Shown in pieces: positions 24,715 through 32,916 of a stretch of 64,000 nucleotides of DNA (position 1 is its first letter; every line of letters starts with the position of its first letter). This stretch comes from an uncultured Propionibacteriaceae bacterium (GTDB taxonomy: Bacteria; Actinomycetota; Actinomycetes; Propionibacteriales; Propionibacteriaceae). Both the position numbers and the translations under genes were made by a program. The notes beneath the pieces are model-generated. The model made no database searches. It saw only the letters and a program-made list of their open reading frames with translations, and was not told where the DNA came from. Location: contig CAYOBI010000001.1 of NCBI GenBank assembly GCA_964402325.1, positions 8,466-72,465 of the forward strand, given 5' to 3'.

Positions 24715-26040
24715 TCAGGCGCGGCCCGAACGGGCCCGGCGGCGCCGGGTGGTCGAGTCGATGATCACCGCGAGCAGGGTGACCAGGCCGGTGATGATGA
24801 ACCGGATGGCCGAGTTGAGGTTCAACAGGTCCAGGCCGTTGCTGATCGACTGGATCACGAAGATGCCGAGTAGCGCCGAGTAGGCGGAGCCGCGGCCACC
24901 GAAGAGGCTGGTGCCGCCGATGACCGCGGCCGCGATCGCGTTCAGGTTGACGTCGCCGGCACCGGTGCTCTGGTTGGCGGCCGACAGGCGGGAGGCGAGC
25001 AGCACGCCACCCAGTCCGGCGAACGACGAACACGTCACGAACACCGTCAGGTAGACCCCGCGTACGTTGATGCCGGCACGACGGGCCGCCTCGATGTTGC
25101 CGCCCACCGCCATGATGTTGCGGCCCCACTTCGTCCGCCGGATGACGAAGTCCATGATCGCGATGACGACGACGAACAGGACGAACATCAACGGCACGCC
25201 ACGGTCCTGGTTGAGGACGAAGGCGACGACCGCCAGGCCGGCTGCCAGGAGCACCGCGCGTCCGTAGACGATGCTCGCCGGCAACGTGGACAGTCCGGCA
25301 CTCCCCCGGGTCCGGTTGCTGCTCAGGCCTGCCACCAGCGTGAGCACCGCGACCAGGACGGCCACGGCGTACGCCGCCCAGGGTGGCAGGAACGTCCCGT
25401 TGGCGAACTGGACCAAGCCGGACGTGAAGGGCAGGTTGACCGTCCCCTCGTTGCCGAGGACCAGCAACTGCACCCCGAGGAAGGCGAGCAGACCCGCCAG
25501 GGTGATCACGAAGCTGGGGACGCCGAACCTGTTGAACACCACGCCGTAGACCAGACCGATCAGCGTCCCGCAGAGCACGGCGAAGAGGGCCGCCAGCAGC
25601 ATCGGCCAACCCTTGTTGACGAAGGTGACGGCGAGGACGGCCGCGGTCAGGCCCGACACCGACCCGACGGACAGGTCGATCTCGCCGAGCAGCAGGACGA
25701 AGACGATGCCGAGGGAGAGGATCCCGATCGGGACCATCTGGATCAGCAGGTTCACCAGGTTCGGCGCGGAGATGAACACCGGGGCCAGGACGGTGAAGAC
25801 GACCCAGATCAGGATCAGGCCGATGACCACCGGCAACGAGCCGAGGTCGCCGCCGCGTAACCGCAGGCCCTGCGCCTTCACCCACCCCATCAGGCCCTGC
25901 TCCTGGATCAACCGCTCGTCCTGGAGATCGGCGGACGGTACGGCCGGTGGGAGCTCGCCCGGCATCGCCGCGAGGTCGCTCATGGACCTCCGCCGCGGGG
26001 CGGCCCGCCTCGCCGGCTGCCCGGGCTTCTCGGTGCTCAT
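24715..26040 (-). CDS. sugar ABC transporter permease (xylose/ribose XylH-type)
   Basis: In frame with ORF 24715..26541 from MSTEKPGQ. The start overlaps the ATPase stop as ATGA. It has about 10-12 TM segments and the block WGRNIMAVGGNIEAARRAGINV typical of the family. Confidence 0.85.
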   Translation of the reverse strand: MSTEKPGQPARRAAPRRRSMSDLAAMPGELPPAVPSADLQDERLIQEQGLMGWVKAQGLRLRGGDLGSLPVVIGLILIWVVFTVLAPVFISAPNLVNLLIQMVPIGILSLGIVFVLLLGEIDLSVGSVSGLTAAVLAVTFVNKGWPMLLAALFAVLCGTLIGLVYGVVFNRFGVPSFVITLAGLLAFLGVQLLVLGNEGTVNLPFTSGLVQFANGTFLPPWAAYAVAVLVAVLTLVAGLSSNRTRGSAGLSTLPASIVYGRAVLLAAGLAVVAFVLNQDRGVPLMFVLFVVVIAIMDFVIRRTKWGRNIMAVGGNIEAARRAGINVRGVYLTVFVTCSSFAGLGGVLLASRLSAANQSTGAGDVNLNAIAAAVIGGTSLFGGRGSAYSALLGIFVIQSISNGLDLLNLNSAIRFIITGLVTLLAVIIDSTTRRRRARSGRA

Positions 26041-26825
26041 GGTGCGGTTCCTTCCTGGCTGGGCGCCGGGGGCCGGCGGGTGTTGTCGACCGCTCCGGTG
26101 ATCGCCGCGATGATCTGCTCGACGTTGGTCTCGGCCACCACGTACTCGCCGTTGTTGCGACCCAGACGCAGCACGACGACCCGGTCGGCGACGGCCATCA
26201 CGTCGGCCATGTTGTGGCTGATCAGGATCACCGCCAGGCCGCGTTCGCGCAGCCGGCGGATCAGGTTGAGCACCTCGGCCGTCTGCGCCACGCCCAGCGC
26301 CGCGGTCGGCTCGTCGAGGATGACGAGGTGCGGCTCGCCGAGGAGCGCCCGGGCGATGGCCACGGTCTGGCGCTGCCCGCCGGACAGACTCGCCACGGCG
26401 ATGCGTACGGACGGGATCTTGGCGCTCAGCTCCCGGAGCAGGCCCCAGGACCGCTTCTCCATGCTCACCTCGTCCAGCACGGTCGCATGGGTGACCTCGC
26501 TGCCGAGGAAGAGGTTGGACACCACATCCAGGTTGTCGCACAGGGCGAGGTCCTGGTAGACGGTGGCGACGCCCAGCTTCTGGGCCTGGGCCGGGGAGGT
26601 GATGTGCACCTCCTCCCCGTTGATCACGATGTGCCCGGTGTCGGGGGTGTGGACGCCGGCGACGGCCTTGATCAGCGTCGACTTCCCGGCGCCGTTGTCG
26701 CCCACCAGGGCCACCACCTCCCCCGCCCTGGCGTGCAGTTCGATGTCGCTCAGCACCTGGACGGCGCCGAACCGCTTGGAGATCCCCGTCATCGCGAGGA
26801 CCTCGGGCGGGGAGGTGGTGGTCAT
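26037..26825 (-). CDS. sugar ABC transporter ATP-binding protein (single NBD)
   Basis: In frame with ORF 26037..26879 from MTTTSPPEV. Walker A GDNGAGKST, signature LSGGQRQ, Walker B LVILDEPTAAL. Confidence 0.9.
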   Translation of the reverse strand: MTTTSPPEVLAMTGISKRFGAVQVLSDIELHARAGEVVALVGDNGAGKSTLIKAVAGVHTPDTGHIVINGEEVHITSPAQAQKLGVATVYQDLALCDNLDVVSNLFLGSEVTHATVLDEVSMEKRSWGLLRELSAKIPSVRIAVASLSGGQRQTVAIARALLGEPHLVILDEPTAALGVAQTAEVLNLIRRLRERGLAVILISHNMADVMAVADRVVVLRLGRNNGEYVVAETNVEQIIAAITGAVDNTRRPPAPSQEGTAP

Positions 26826-26850
26826 GGCGTTCTCCCTGTCGGTCCCGTCG

Positions 26851-27924
26851 TTACTGGAGACCGGCGGCCTTGCAGGCATCGGCGAACTGAGTGGTGCAGA
26901 TCTGGGCGATCGTGTAGAAGCCGTCCTTGACGACCGTGTCCTTGATGTTGGTCTTGGTGACCGCCACCGGGGTCAGCAGCGTGGCGGGCACTCCGTCCTT
27001 GGTGGTCGACGAGGCGGGGGCCTTGCCGTTGGAGAGCAGGACGGCATTCTTCGCGGCGTCGGTGGCCTGCGGCTTGATCGCCTTGTAGATCGTCATGGCC
27101 TGGTCACCGGCGACGATCCGCTGGATGCCGGTGAGCTCGGCGTCCTGACCGGTCACCGGGACGATCGGGGAGACCCCGCCGGCCTTCAGTGCGGTGATCA
27201 CGCCTCCCGCGGTGCCGTCGTTCGCGGCGTACACACCGACCAGGGTGGCCTTCACGTTGGTGAGCTGGCTCTCCATGAAGGCCTGCGCCTTGTCCGGGCT
27301 CCAGTCGGGGGTGTCGTACTCGGCCTTGATGGTGAAGCCCGACGTGTCGAGGACGCTGTGCGCACCGGACTTGAAGTCGGCGGCGTTGGCGTCGGTCGGC
27401 GAGCCGTTGACCATCACGAGGTCACCCGAGGTCTTGCCCGAGGTGTGCAGGATGTCCACCAGCGTGGTGCCCTGCAGTTGGCCGACCTTGATGTTGTCGA
27501 AGGAGACGTAGTAGTCGGCACCGGCGACGAAGCGGTCGTACGCGATGACCTTGACACCCTTGGCCTTGGCCTCGTTGACGATCGTCACGGCGGACTTGCC
27601 GTCGACCGCGTCGAGGACCAGCACCTTGGCCCCCTGGGTCATCGCCGACTCGGCCTGCTGCTGCTGCTTGGCGGCGTCCTGGTTGGCGTTGTTGTAGATC
27701 AGGGTGCAGGTGGCGCACTCGCTCTTGAGTGCCGCCTCGAAGTACGGCTTGTCGAAGGTCTCGTAGCGAGTGGTCTTCGTCTCCGGCAGGAGCAGGGCGA
27801 TCTTGGCCCCGGCGGCCGCGGAGCTGCCGCCTGATGTGGACTGGTTGCCGCCGCATCCGGCCATGGCCAAGGTCAGCCCGGCAGCCATGCCGATGGCCGC
27901 CAGTCGGGTGAGTCGAGCGTTCAT
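26851..27924 (-). CDS. sugar ABC transporter substrate-binding lipoprotein (XylF/RbsB-type)
   Basis: In frame with ORF 26851..28023. ATG 27924 follows AGGAG. Lipobox LAMAGC. The periplasmic-binding-protein type I pattern is present (KIALLLPE...VIAYDR...NGSPTDANA...VTGQDA). Confidence 0.85.
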   Translation of the reverse strand: MNARLTRLAAIGMAAGLTLAMAGCGGNQSTSGGSSAAAGAKIALLLPETKTTRYETFDKPYFEAALKSECATCTLIYNNANQDAAKQQQQAESAMTQGAKVLVLDAVDGKSAVTIVNEAKAKGVKVIAYDRFVAGADYYVSFDNIKVGQLQGTTLVDILHTSGKTSGDLVMVNGSPTDANAADFKSGAHSVLDTSGFTIKAEYDTPDWSPDKAQAFMESQLTNVKATLVGVYAANDGTAGGVITALKAGGVSPIVPVTGQDAELTGIQRIVAGDQAMTIYKAIKPQATDAAKNAVLLSNGKAPASSTTKDGVPATLLTPVAVTKTNIKDTVVKDGFYTIAQICTTQFADACKAAGLQ

Positions 27925-28011
27925 GACGAACTCCTGGGTCCGGTGATGAGCGGACGGCCCCGTTGCCGCCGCACCTACCCATTGAAAGACCTCGGTGCCC
28001 GTTTCGTGTGG

Positions 28012-28037
28012 GATTCGACACAAACGGCTGTCGAATC
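28012..28037. promoter_or_regulatory. perfect 9-bp inverted repeat upstream of the sugar ABC operon
   Basis: GATTCGACA (28012-28020), an 8-nt spacer, then TGTCGAATC (28029-28037). It lies 88-113 bp upstream of the binding-protein start, in the intergenic region shared with ligD. Confidence 0.35.
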
Positions 28038-28108
28038 GTCACGAAGATCATCATCAGGGGCCGGACGCGGTGCTGCCGCCCGACGGCGGGCCGGATTAGG
28101 CTGACCTC

Positions 28109-30286
28109 ATGAGCGAGACGACGGTCCTGTCGGTCCCCGGTCCCGCGGGTGTCCGCGAGGTCACCCTGACCAGTCCGGGCAAGGTGCTCTGGCCCGGCGG
28201 ACCGGCCGGGGACGCCATCACCAAGCGTGGGCTCGCCGACTACCTGATGGCCGTCGCCGGGCCCTTCCTGCACCTCAACGGCGACCGCCCGATGACCCTC
28301 CAACGGTTCCCCGAGGGCATCGAGGGCGAGGAGTTCTTCTCCAAGCGGCCGCCCCAGGGGACGCCCGACTTCCTGCGCCGGGTGACCTGCACCTACCCGT
28401 CCCGGCGCCGCCACGACCAACTGGTCTTCGACGAGCCGGCCGCCCTCGCCTGGGCCGCCCAGGTGGGCACGGTCACCTTCCACCCCTGGCCGGTGCGGAC
28501 CGCGAACCTCGACAACCCCGACGAACTGCGCATCGACCTCGATCCGCAGCCCGGCCGGCACTTCCGCGACGCGGTGGAGGCGGCCCTGGCGCTGCGCGAG
28601 GTGATGGCCGGGGTCGGGCTGACCGCGTACGCCAAGACCAGCGGCAACCGGGGCGTGCACGTCTATGCCCGGATCGCGCCGACCCACGAGTTCCAGCAGG
28701 TCCGGCACGGGGTGATCGGCATCGCCCGCGAACTGGAGCGGCGCCTGCCGGACCTGGTGACCACCTCCTGGTGGAAGGAGGAACGCGGCGAGCGGATCTT
28801 CGTCGACTTCAACCAGGCCAACCGGGATCGCACCATCGCCGCCGCCTACAGTCCCCGTCCGCTGCCGGCGGCCACCGTCTCGACACCGCTCAGCTGGGAG
28901 GAGCTCGCCGCGGCGACCGGACCGGGCGACTACACCGTCCACACGGTCCCCGGGCTGTTGGCAGACCGGCCCTGTCCCTGGTCCTCGATCGACGAGCACG
29001 CCGGGGACGTGACCGCGGCATTGGACCTGTGGCAGGCCGACCTGGACCGCGGCCTGGGCGAGCTGAACTTCCCGCCCGACTACCCCAAGATGCCCGGCGA
29101 GCCCCCGCGGGTGCCGCCGAGCAAGCGGCGCGCCGACCGGCCCGACGCCGACTACCTCGCCCCCAAGGCGGAGCGGGACGCCGCGTGGGGCACCCCGATC
29201 GTGCCCCCGTACGGCCCGATGCTGGCCAAGCCGGTCAAGGAGCTGCCGCGCGGCGAGATGCTGTACGAGCCGAAGTGGGACGGGTTCCGCTCGATCATCT
29301 GGCGCTCCGGCGACCGGGTCGAGATCGGCAGCCGCAACGAGCGCCCGATGACCCGCTACTTCCCTGAGATCGTCGAGGCGGTGCTGGCGAACTTCCCCGA
29401 CCACTCCTGCCTCGACGGGGAGATCGTGATGATCGACCCCGACCGCGGGGACCGGCTCGACTTCGACCTGCTCCAGCAGCGGATCCACCCGGCGGCCTCC
29501 CGGGTGCGCAAGCTCGCCGCGCAGACCCCCGCCAGCTTCGTCGCCTTCGACCTGCTCGCCCTCGGGCCGGTGGACTACACGGTGCGGCCGTTCGCCGAGC
29601 GGCGGGCCGCGCTGGAACAGGCGCTCGCCGGGGCCCGCCCGCCGATCCACCTCACCCCCGCCACCCGGGACCGCGACCTCGCCGCCCGGTGGTTCTCCGA
29701 GTTCGAGGGTGCGGGCCTCGACGGGGTGGTGGCCAAGCCGCTGGACCTCCTGTACCAGGAGGACAAGCGGGTGATGTTCAAGTACAAGCACGACCGCACG
29801 GCCGACTGCGTGGTGGCCGGCTACCGGCTGTACAAGGACCGCGACGACGCCGTCGGCTCCCTGTTGCTCGGCCTCCACGACGACGCGGGGGTGCTGCACC
29901 ACGTCGGGGTGATCGGCGCCTTCCCGCTCGCCCGGCGCGAGGAACTCTTCCGCGAGCTCCAGCCGCTGGTGACCTCCTTCGAGGACCACCCGTGGGCCTG
30001 GGAGCAGCCGACCGAGACCATGCCGGACAATCGCGACCAGGAGACCCCGCGCTCCCCGATGGCCGCCGCCGGCTCCCGGTGGAACGCCCGCAAGGACCTG
30101 TCCTTCACCCCGCTGCGCCCCGAGCGGGTCGTCGAGGTCCGCTACGACCACATGGAGGGCCCCCGGTTCCGCCACACCGCCCAGTGGGTGCGCTGGCGCG
30201 AGGACCGCACGCCGGCGTCGTGCACGTACGACCAGCTGGAGGAACCGGTCAGCTACGACCTCGGGGCGATCCTGGGCCTGTCCTGA
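28109..30286 (+). CDS. ligD: ATP-dependent DNA ligase LigD, polymerase/primase + ligase domains (no phosphoesterase domain seen)
   Basis: ORF 28109..30286. The N-terminal AEP polymerase domain has RIDLDP, TSGNRGVHVY and RIFVDFNQANRDRT. The C-terminal ligase domain has motif I EPKWDGFR and an OB domain. The ~100-aa linker is Pro-rich. Confidence 0.9.
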   Translation: MSETTVLSVPGPAGVREVTLTSPGKVLWPGGPAGDAITKRGLADYLMAVAGPFLHLNGDRPMTLQRFPEGIEGEEFFSKRPPQGTPDFLRRVTCTYPSRRRHDQLVFDEPAALAWAAQVGTVTFHPWPVRTANLDNPDELRIDLDPQPGRHFRDAVEAALALREVMAGVGLTAYAKTSGNRGVHVYARIAPTHEFQQVRHGVIGIARELERRLPDLVTTSWWKEERGERIFVDFNQANRDRTIAAAYSPRPLPAATVSTPLSWEELAAATGPGDYTVHTVPGLLADRPCPWSSIDEHAGDVTAALDLWQADLDRGLGELNFPPDYPKMPGEPPRVPPSKRRADRPDADYLAPKAERDAAWGTPIVPPYGPMLAKPVKELPRGEMLYEPKWDGFRSIIWRSGDRVEIGSRNERPMTRYFPEIVEAVLANFPDHSCLDGEIVMIDPDRGDRLDFDLLQQRIHPAASRVRKLAAQTPASFVAFDLLALGPVDYTVRPFAERRAALEQALAGARPPIHLTPATRDRDLAARWFSEFEGAGLDGVVAKPLDLLYQEDKRVMFKYKHDRTADCVVAGYRLYKDRDDAVGSLLLGLHDDAGVLHHVGVIGAFPLARREELFRELQPLVTSFEDHPWAWEQPTETMPDNRDQETPRSPMAAAGSRWNARKDLSFTPLRPERVVEVRYDHMEGPRFRHTAQWVRWREDRTPASCTYDQLEEPVSYDLGAILGLS

Positions 30287-30941
30287 CCCGGCCGCCGGGG
30301 GCCGGGCCGGCGAGGTCGGTGACGAACCGGGCCACCGGTGCGCTGATCAGGGCCGCCCGGGCCTGCGGATCGTCGGCTCTGCGGGTCGGGCCCAGCGCGT
30401 GCACCGCCCCGGGGATCTCCACGACCTCCCGGTCCGGCAGGGCCGTACGGACCTCGTCGGCACCTCCGAACGGATCGCGTTCGCCCTGGACGACGAGCAG
30501 CGGCCCGTCCACCGCGGTGGCCTCGGCGGCCCGGGACGAGGCCGGCCGGCCCGGCGGGTGCAGCGGGAAGGCCAGCGCCACCACGCCGCGGGCGGGCGGG
30601 GCGAAACAGCGGCAGGCGACCCGGGCCCCGGCACTGCGGCCCCCCACCACCAGCGGCAGCCCCGGCCATCGGTCGGTGACGACCGCCAGGGCCGTCCGCC
30701 AGGCGGTGTCCAGTCCGGAGGCCGCGCCGGCGACGCGCCGCCCGGCCGTACGCCACGGCTGCTCGAACCTCGCGACCGAGATCCCCAGCGGCGGCAGGGC
30801 CGTGGCCAGGGCGGCCAGGTCGAAGGCCTCGATCCCGCCGCCGGCACCGTGTCCCAGCACCAGGATCGCGGTCGGCTCGGCCGCCGCGTCGACGACGAGC
30901 CGTCCCGTCCCGACCGGGGTCCCGACCTCGATCGTGTCCAT
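30249..30941 (-). CDS. alpha/beta hydrolase (dienelactone-hydrolase/KANL3-like)
   Basis: In frame with ORF 30249..31010 from MDTIEVG. Motifs: ILVLGHGAGGG, nucleophile elbow GGRSAGARVA, VVQGERDPFG. The 3' end overlaps ligD by 38 nt (convergent). Confidence 0.75.
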   Translation of the reverse strand: MDTIEVGTPVGTGRLVVDAAAEPTAILVLGHGAGGGIEAFDLAALATALPPLGISVARFEQPWRTAGRRVAGAASGLDTAWRTALAVVTDRWPGLPLVVGGRSAGARVACRCFAPPARGVVALAFPLHPPGRPASSRAAEATAVDGPLLVVQGERDPFGGADEVRTALPDREVVEIPGAVHALGPTRRADDPQARAALISAPVARFVTDLAGPAPGGRVRTGPGSPRGRS

Positions 30942-31113
30942 CGCCCTCCCTGGTGTCGCGACGCTGCCCGGGGCCCGCTTGCCCCTGACCCGGGTGGGGC
31001 CGGTCGACATCCTGCCACGCCGGCAGGCAGTCCGGACCGTACGGCCGGACCGGACGGACGTCCTGCCCGACCCTGAGGGAGGACTCAGGAACGGAATCCG
31101 CCGTGGCGGCTGG

Positions 31114-31132
31114 TTAGGTTAACCTCACCTTA
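31114..31132 (+). promoter_or_regulatory. DtxR/IdeR-type iron-box-like operator upstream of the ZIP transporter
   Basis: TTAGGTTAACCTCACCTTA matches 15-16 of 19 positions of the IdeR/DtxR consensus TTAGGTTAG(G/C)CTAACCTAA. It contains the perfect palindrome AGGTTAACCT (31116-31125). It lies about 90 bp upstream of the ZIP ATG and is AT-rich in a GC-rich context. Confidence 0.55.
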
Positions 31133-31219
31133 ACGGTGGGTCCCAGGAATCACCGAGCATCTGACAGCCGTCGGGTCCGCCGCGCGGCGGACTGCCGCCC
31201 CTGACCTCTGGAGGTTCCC

Positions 31220-32050
31220 ATGAGCTCGACGAACGTGGTCGTCCTCGGCCTGATCGCCGGGGTGACCATCTTCCTGGGCCTGCCGCTCGGCCGGATCCGG
31301 GCCGCCCTGCCCCGCACCCGGGTCTGGCTGAACGCGCTGGCCACCGGCATCCTGCTCTTCCTGCTCTGGGACGTGCTGACCCATGCCTGGGAACCGGTCG
31401 ACAAGGCGCTGTCCGACCGGGACCTGGCGGGCATCACGGGCACGGCGATCGTCTTCGCCGTCGGCCTGGTCGTCGGACTGCTGGGGCTGGTGTACTTCGA
31501 CCGGTGGGTGGCCTCGCGGGGCGGGGCGGCCGCCCGACCGAACGGTCCGGGGGCCGCGACGGCCCTGGAACTGCCCACCACAGGCCATGTCTCGGCCGCC
31601 CGCACCCTGTCGCTGATGATCGCGGTGGGGATCGGTCTGCACAACTTCGCTGAGGGCCTGGCGATCGGCAACAGCGCGGCGAGCGGCGCCACGGACCTGG
31701 CCATCCTGCTGGTGGTCGGCTTCGCGATCCACAACGGCACCGAGGGCTTCGGCATCGTGGCTCCGATGGCTGCGGAGTCCGAACGGCCGTCCTGGGGCTA
31801 CCTGGGCCTGCTCGGCCTGATCGGCGGCGGCCCCACCTTCATCGGCACCCTGGTGGGACAGCAGTTCTCCAACGACCTGGTCAGCATCGCCTTCCTGACC
31901 CTGGCCGCCGGCTCGATCCTGTACGTGGTGATCGAACTGCTGGCGGTGGCCCGGCGCCAGAAGATGAAGGTGATCACCACCTGGGGCGTCCTGCTGGGGC
32001 TCTTCCTCGGCTTCGCCACCGACGCCGTGGTGACGCTCGCCGGAGCCTGA
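31220..32050 (+). CDS. ZIP-family divalent metal transporter
   Basis: ORF 31220..32050 with a GGAGG RBS. It has 8 TM-like segments. The metal-site motifs HNFAEGLAIG and HNGTEGFG are present. Confidence 0.85.
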   Translation: MSSTNVVVLGLIAGVTIFLGLPLGRIRAALPRTRVWLNALATGILLFLLWDVLTHAWEPVDKALSDRDLAGITGTAIVFAVGLVVGLLGLVYFDRWVASRGGAAARPNGPGAATALELPTTGHVSAARTLSLMIAVGIGLHNFAEGLAIGNSAASGATDLAILLVVGFAIHNGTEGFGIVAPMAAESERPSWGYLGLLGLIGGGPTFIGTLVGQQFSNDLVSIAFLTLAAGSILYVVIELLAVARRQKMKVITTWGVLLGLFLGFATDAVVTLAGA

Positions 32051-32065
32051 CCGTCCGGCCCGGGT

Positions 32066-32755
32066 CTACCGGTGCGTCGGCGGGCGCACCCCGTAGGCCG
32101 ACTCGATCACCAACGACGCGATGAGGCGCTCGACGGCGGCCCCGAGGTCCTCCTCGGGGCCGCTGGTGCGTTCCTGCAGCAGCTCGGTCGTCCGGGGTGC
32201 CGTACGGTCGACCGTGGCGGCCCACCAGGTCGGCGGATCCGCCGGGACGTCGTCGCCGCCCCCGGCGTGGCCGTGCACCAGGATCAGCAGCACTCGGGCG
32301 ACGCCCAGCGGGTCCCCCACGCCGGCCTCGGCCAGGCCGGCCACCAGGCACTCCGTCCAGGCGACGCCGTCCGGTCCCCGTGGTGTCGTACGGGTCGGCA
32401 CCTCGGCCAGCCACGGGTGGGCCTGCAGCACCCGCCAGCGCGCCCGGCACCAGGTGCGGATCCGGTCCGCCAGGGACCCGGTGAGCTGGGGAGCCACTCC
32501 CAGGGCGACGTCGGCCATCACCTCGACCAGGGTCTCCTTGGAGTCGACGTATCGGTAGAGGGCCGTCGTGGTCAGCCCCAGTTCCTTGGCCACCACCTGC
32601 AGCGTGACGGCGGACAGGCCGCGCTCGTCGGCGACCCTGATCCCTGCCCGGGCCACCTCCCCCACGGAATAGCGCGGTTTGGGGCCCGGTGAGTCGCCGG
32701 TGATGCCCCACAGTGCGGCGAAGCCGAGCCACGACGCCGACGGTGAACTGTGCAT
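32066..32755 (-). CDS. TetR-family transcriptional regulator
   Basis: In frame with ORF 32066..32827 from MHSSPSAS. HTH: VTLQVVAKELGLTTTALYRYVDSKETL. Confidence 0.85.
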   Translation of the reverse strand: MHSSPSASWLGFAALWGITGDSPGPKPRYSVGEVARAGIRVADERGLSAVTLQVVAKELGLTTTALYRYVDSKETLVEVMADVALGVAPQLTGSLADRIRTWCRARWRVLQAHPWLAEVPTRTTPRGPDGVAWTECLVAGLAEAGVGDPLGVARVLLILVHGHAGGGDDVPADPPTWWAATVDRTAPRTTELLQERTSGPEEDLGAAVERLIASLVIESAYGVRPPTHR

Positions 32756-32796
32756 GGCGTTCACCCTATCGGAGGTCGACGGTGAACCAGGTTCAC
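32742..32796. promoter_or_regulatory. two palindromic candidate TetR operators built from GGTGAAC/GTTCACC half-sites
   Basis: O1 is GGTGAAC (32742-32748), n10, GTTCACC (32759-32765), and it brackets the TetR start codon. O2 is the perfect palindrome GTGAACC-A-GGTTCAC (32782-32796), 27-41 bp upstream of the start. Confidence 0.5.
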
Positions 32797-32916
32797 TGTC
32801 GCGCGGATGACTGTGCATCTGGGTCACAGTCCGAGGCTATGGGTGTGTATCGCCTTCACAGTTACGGGGCGGTGGGCAGCCAGCCCCGAGCCCCCGGGCG
32901 TACGTGACTGGTGGCG

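Noticed and set aside
28093-28108. ATTAGGCTGACCTCA immediately upstream of the ligD ATG, resembling the right half of an IdeR iron box
   Set aside because: The left half (GCCGG) does not match TTAGG, so the overall match is too weak. It is more likely chance.
27422-30175. 917-aa minus-strand ORF opposite ligD
   Set aside because: It is an antisense shadow (Gly/Arg/Pro/Val-rich). The + frame has the AEP polymerase and ligase KxDG motifs.
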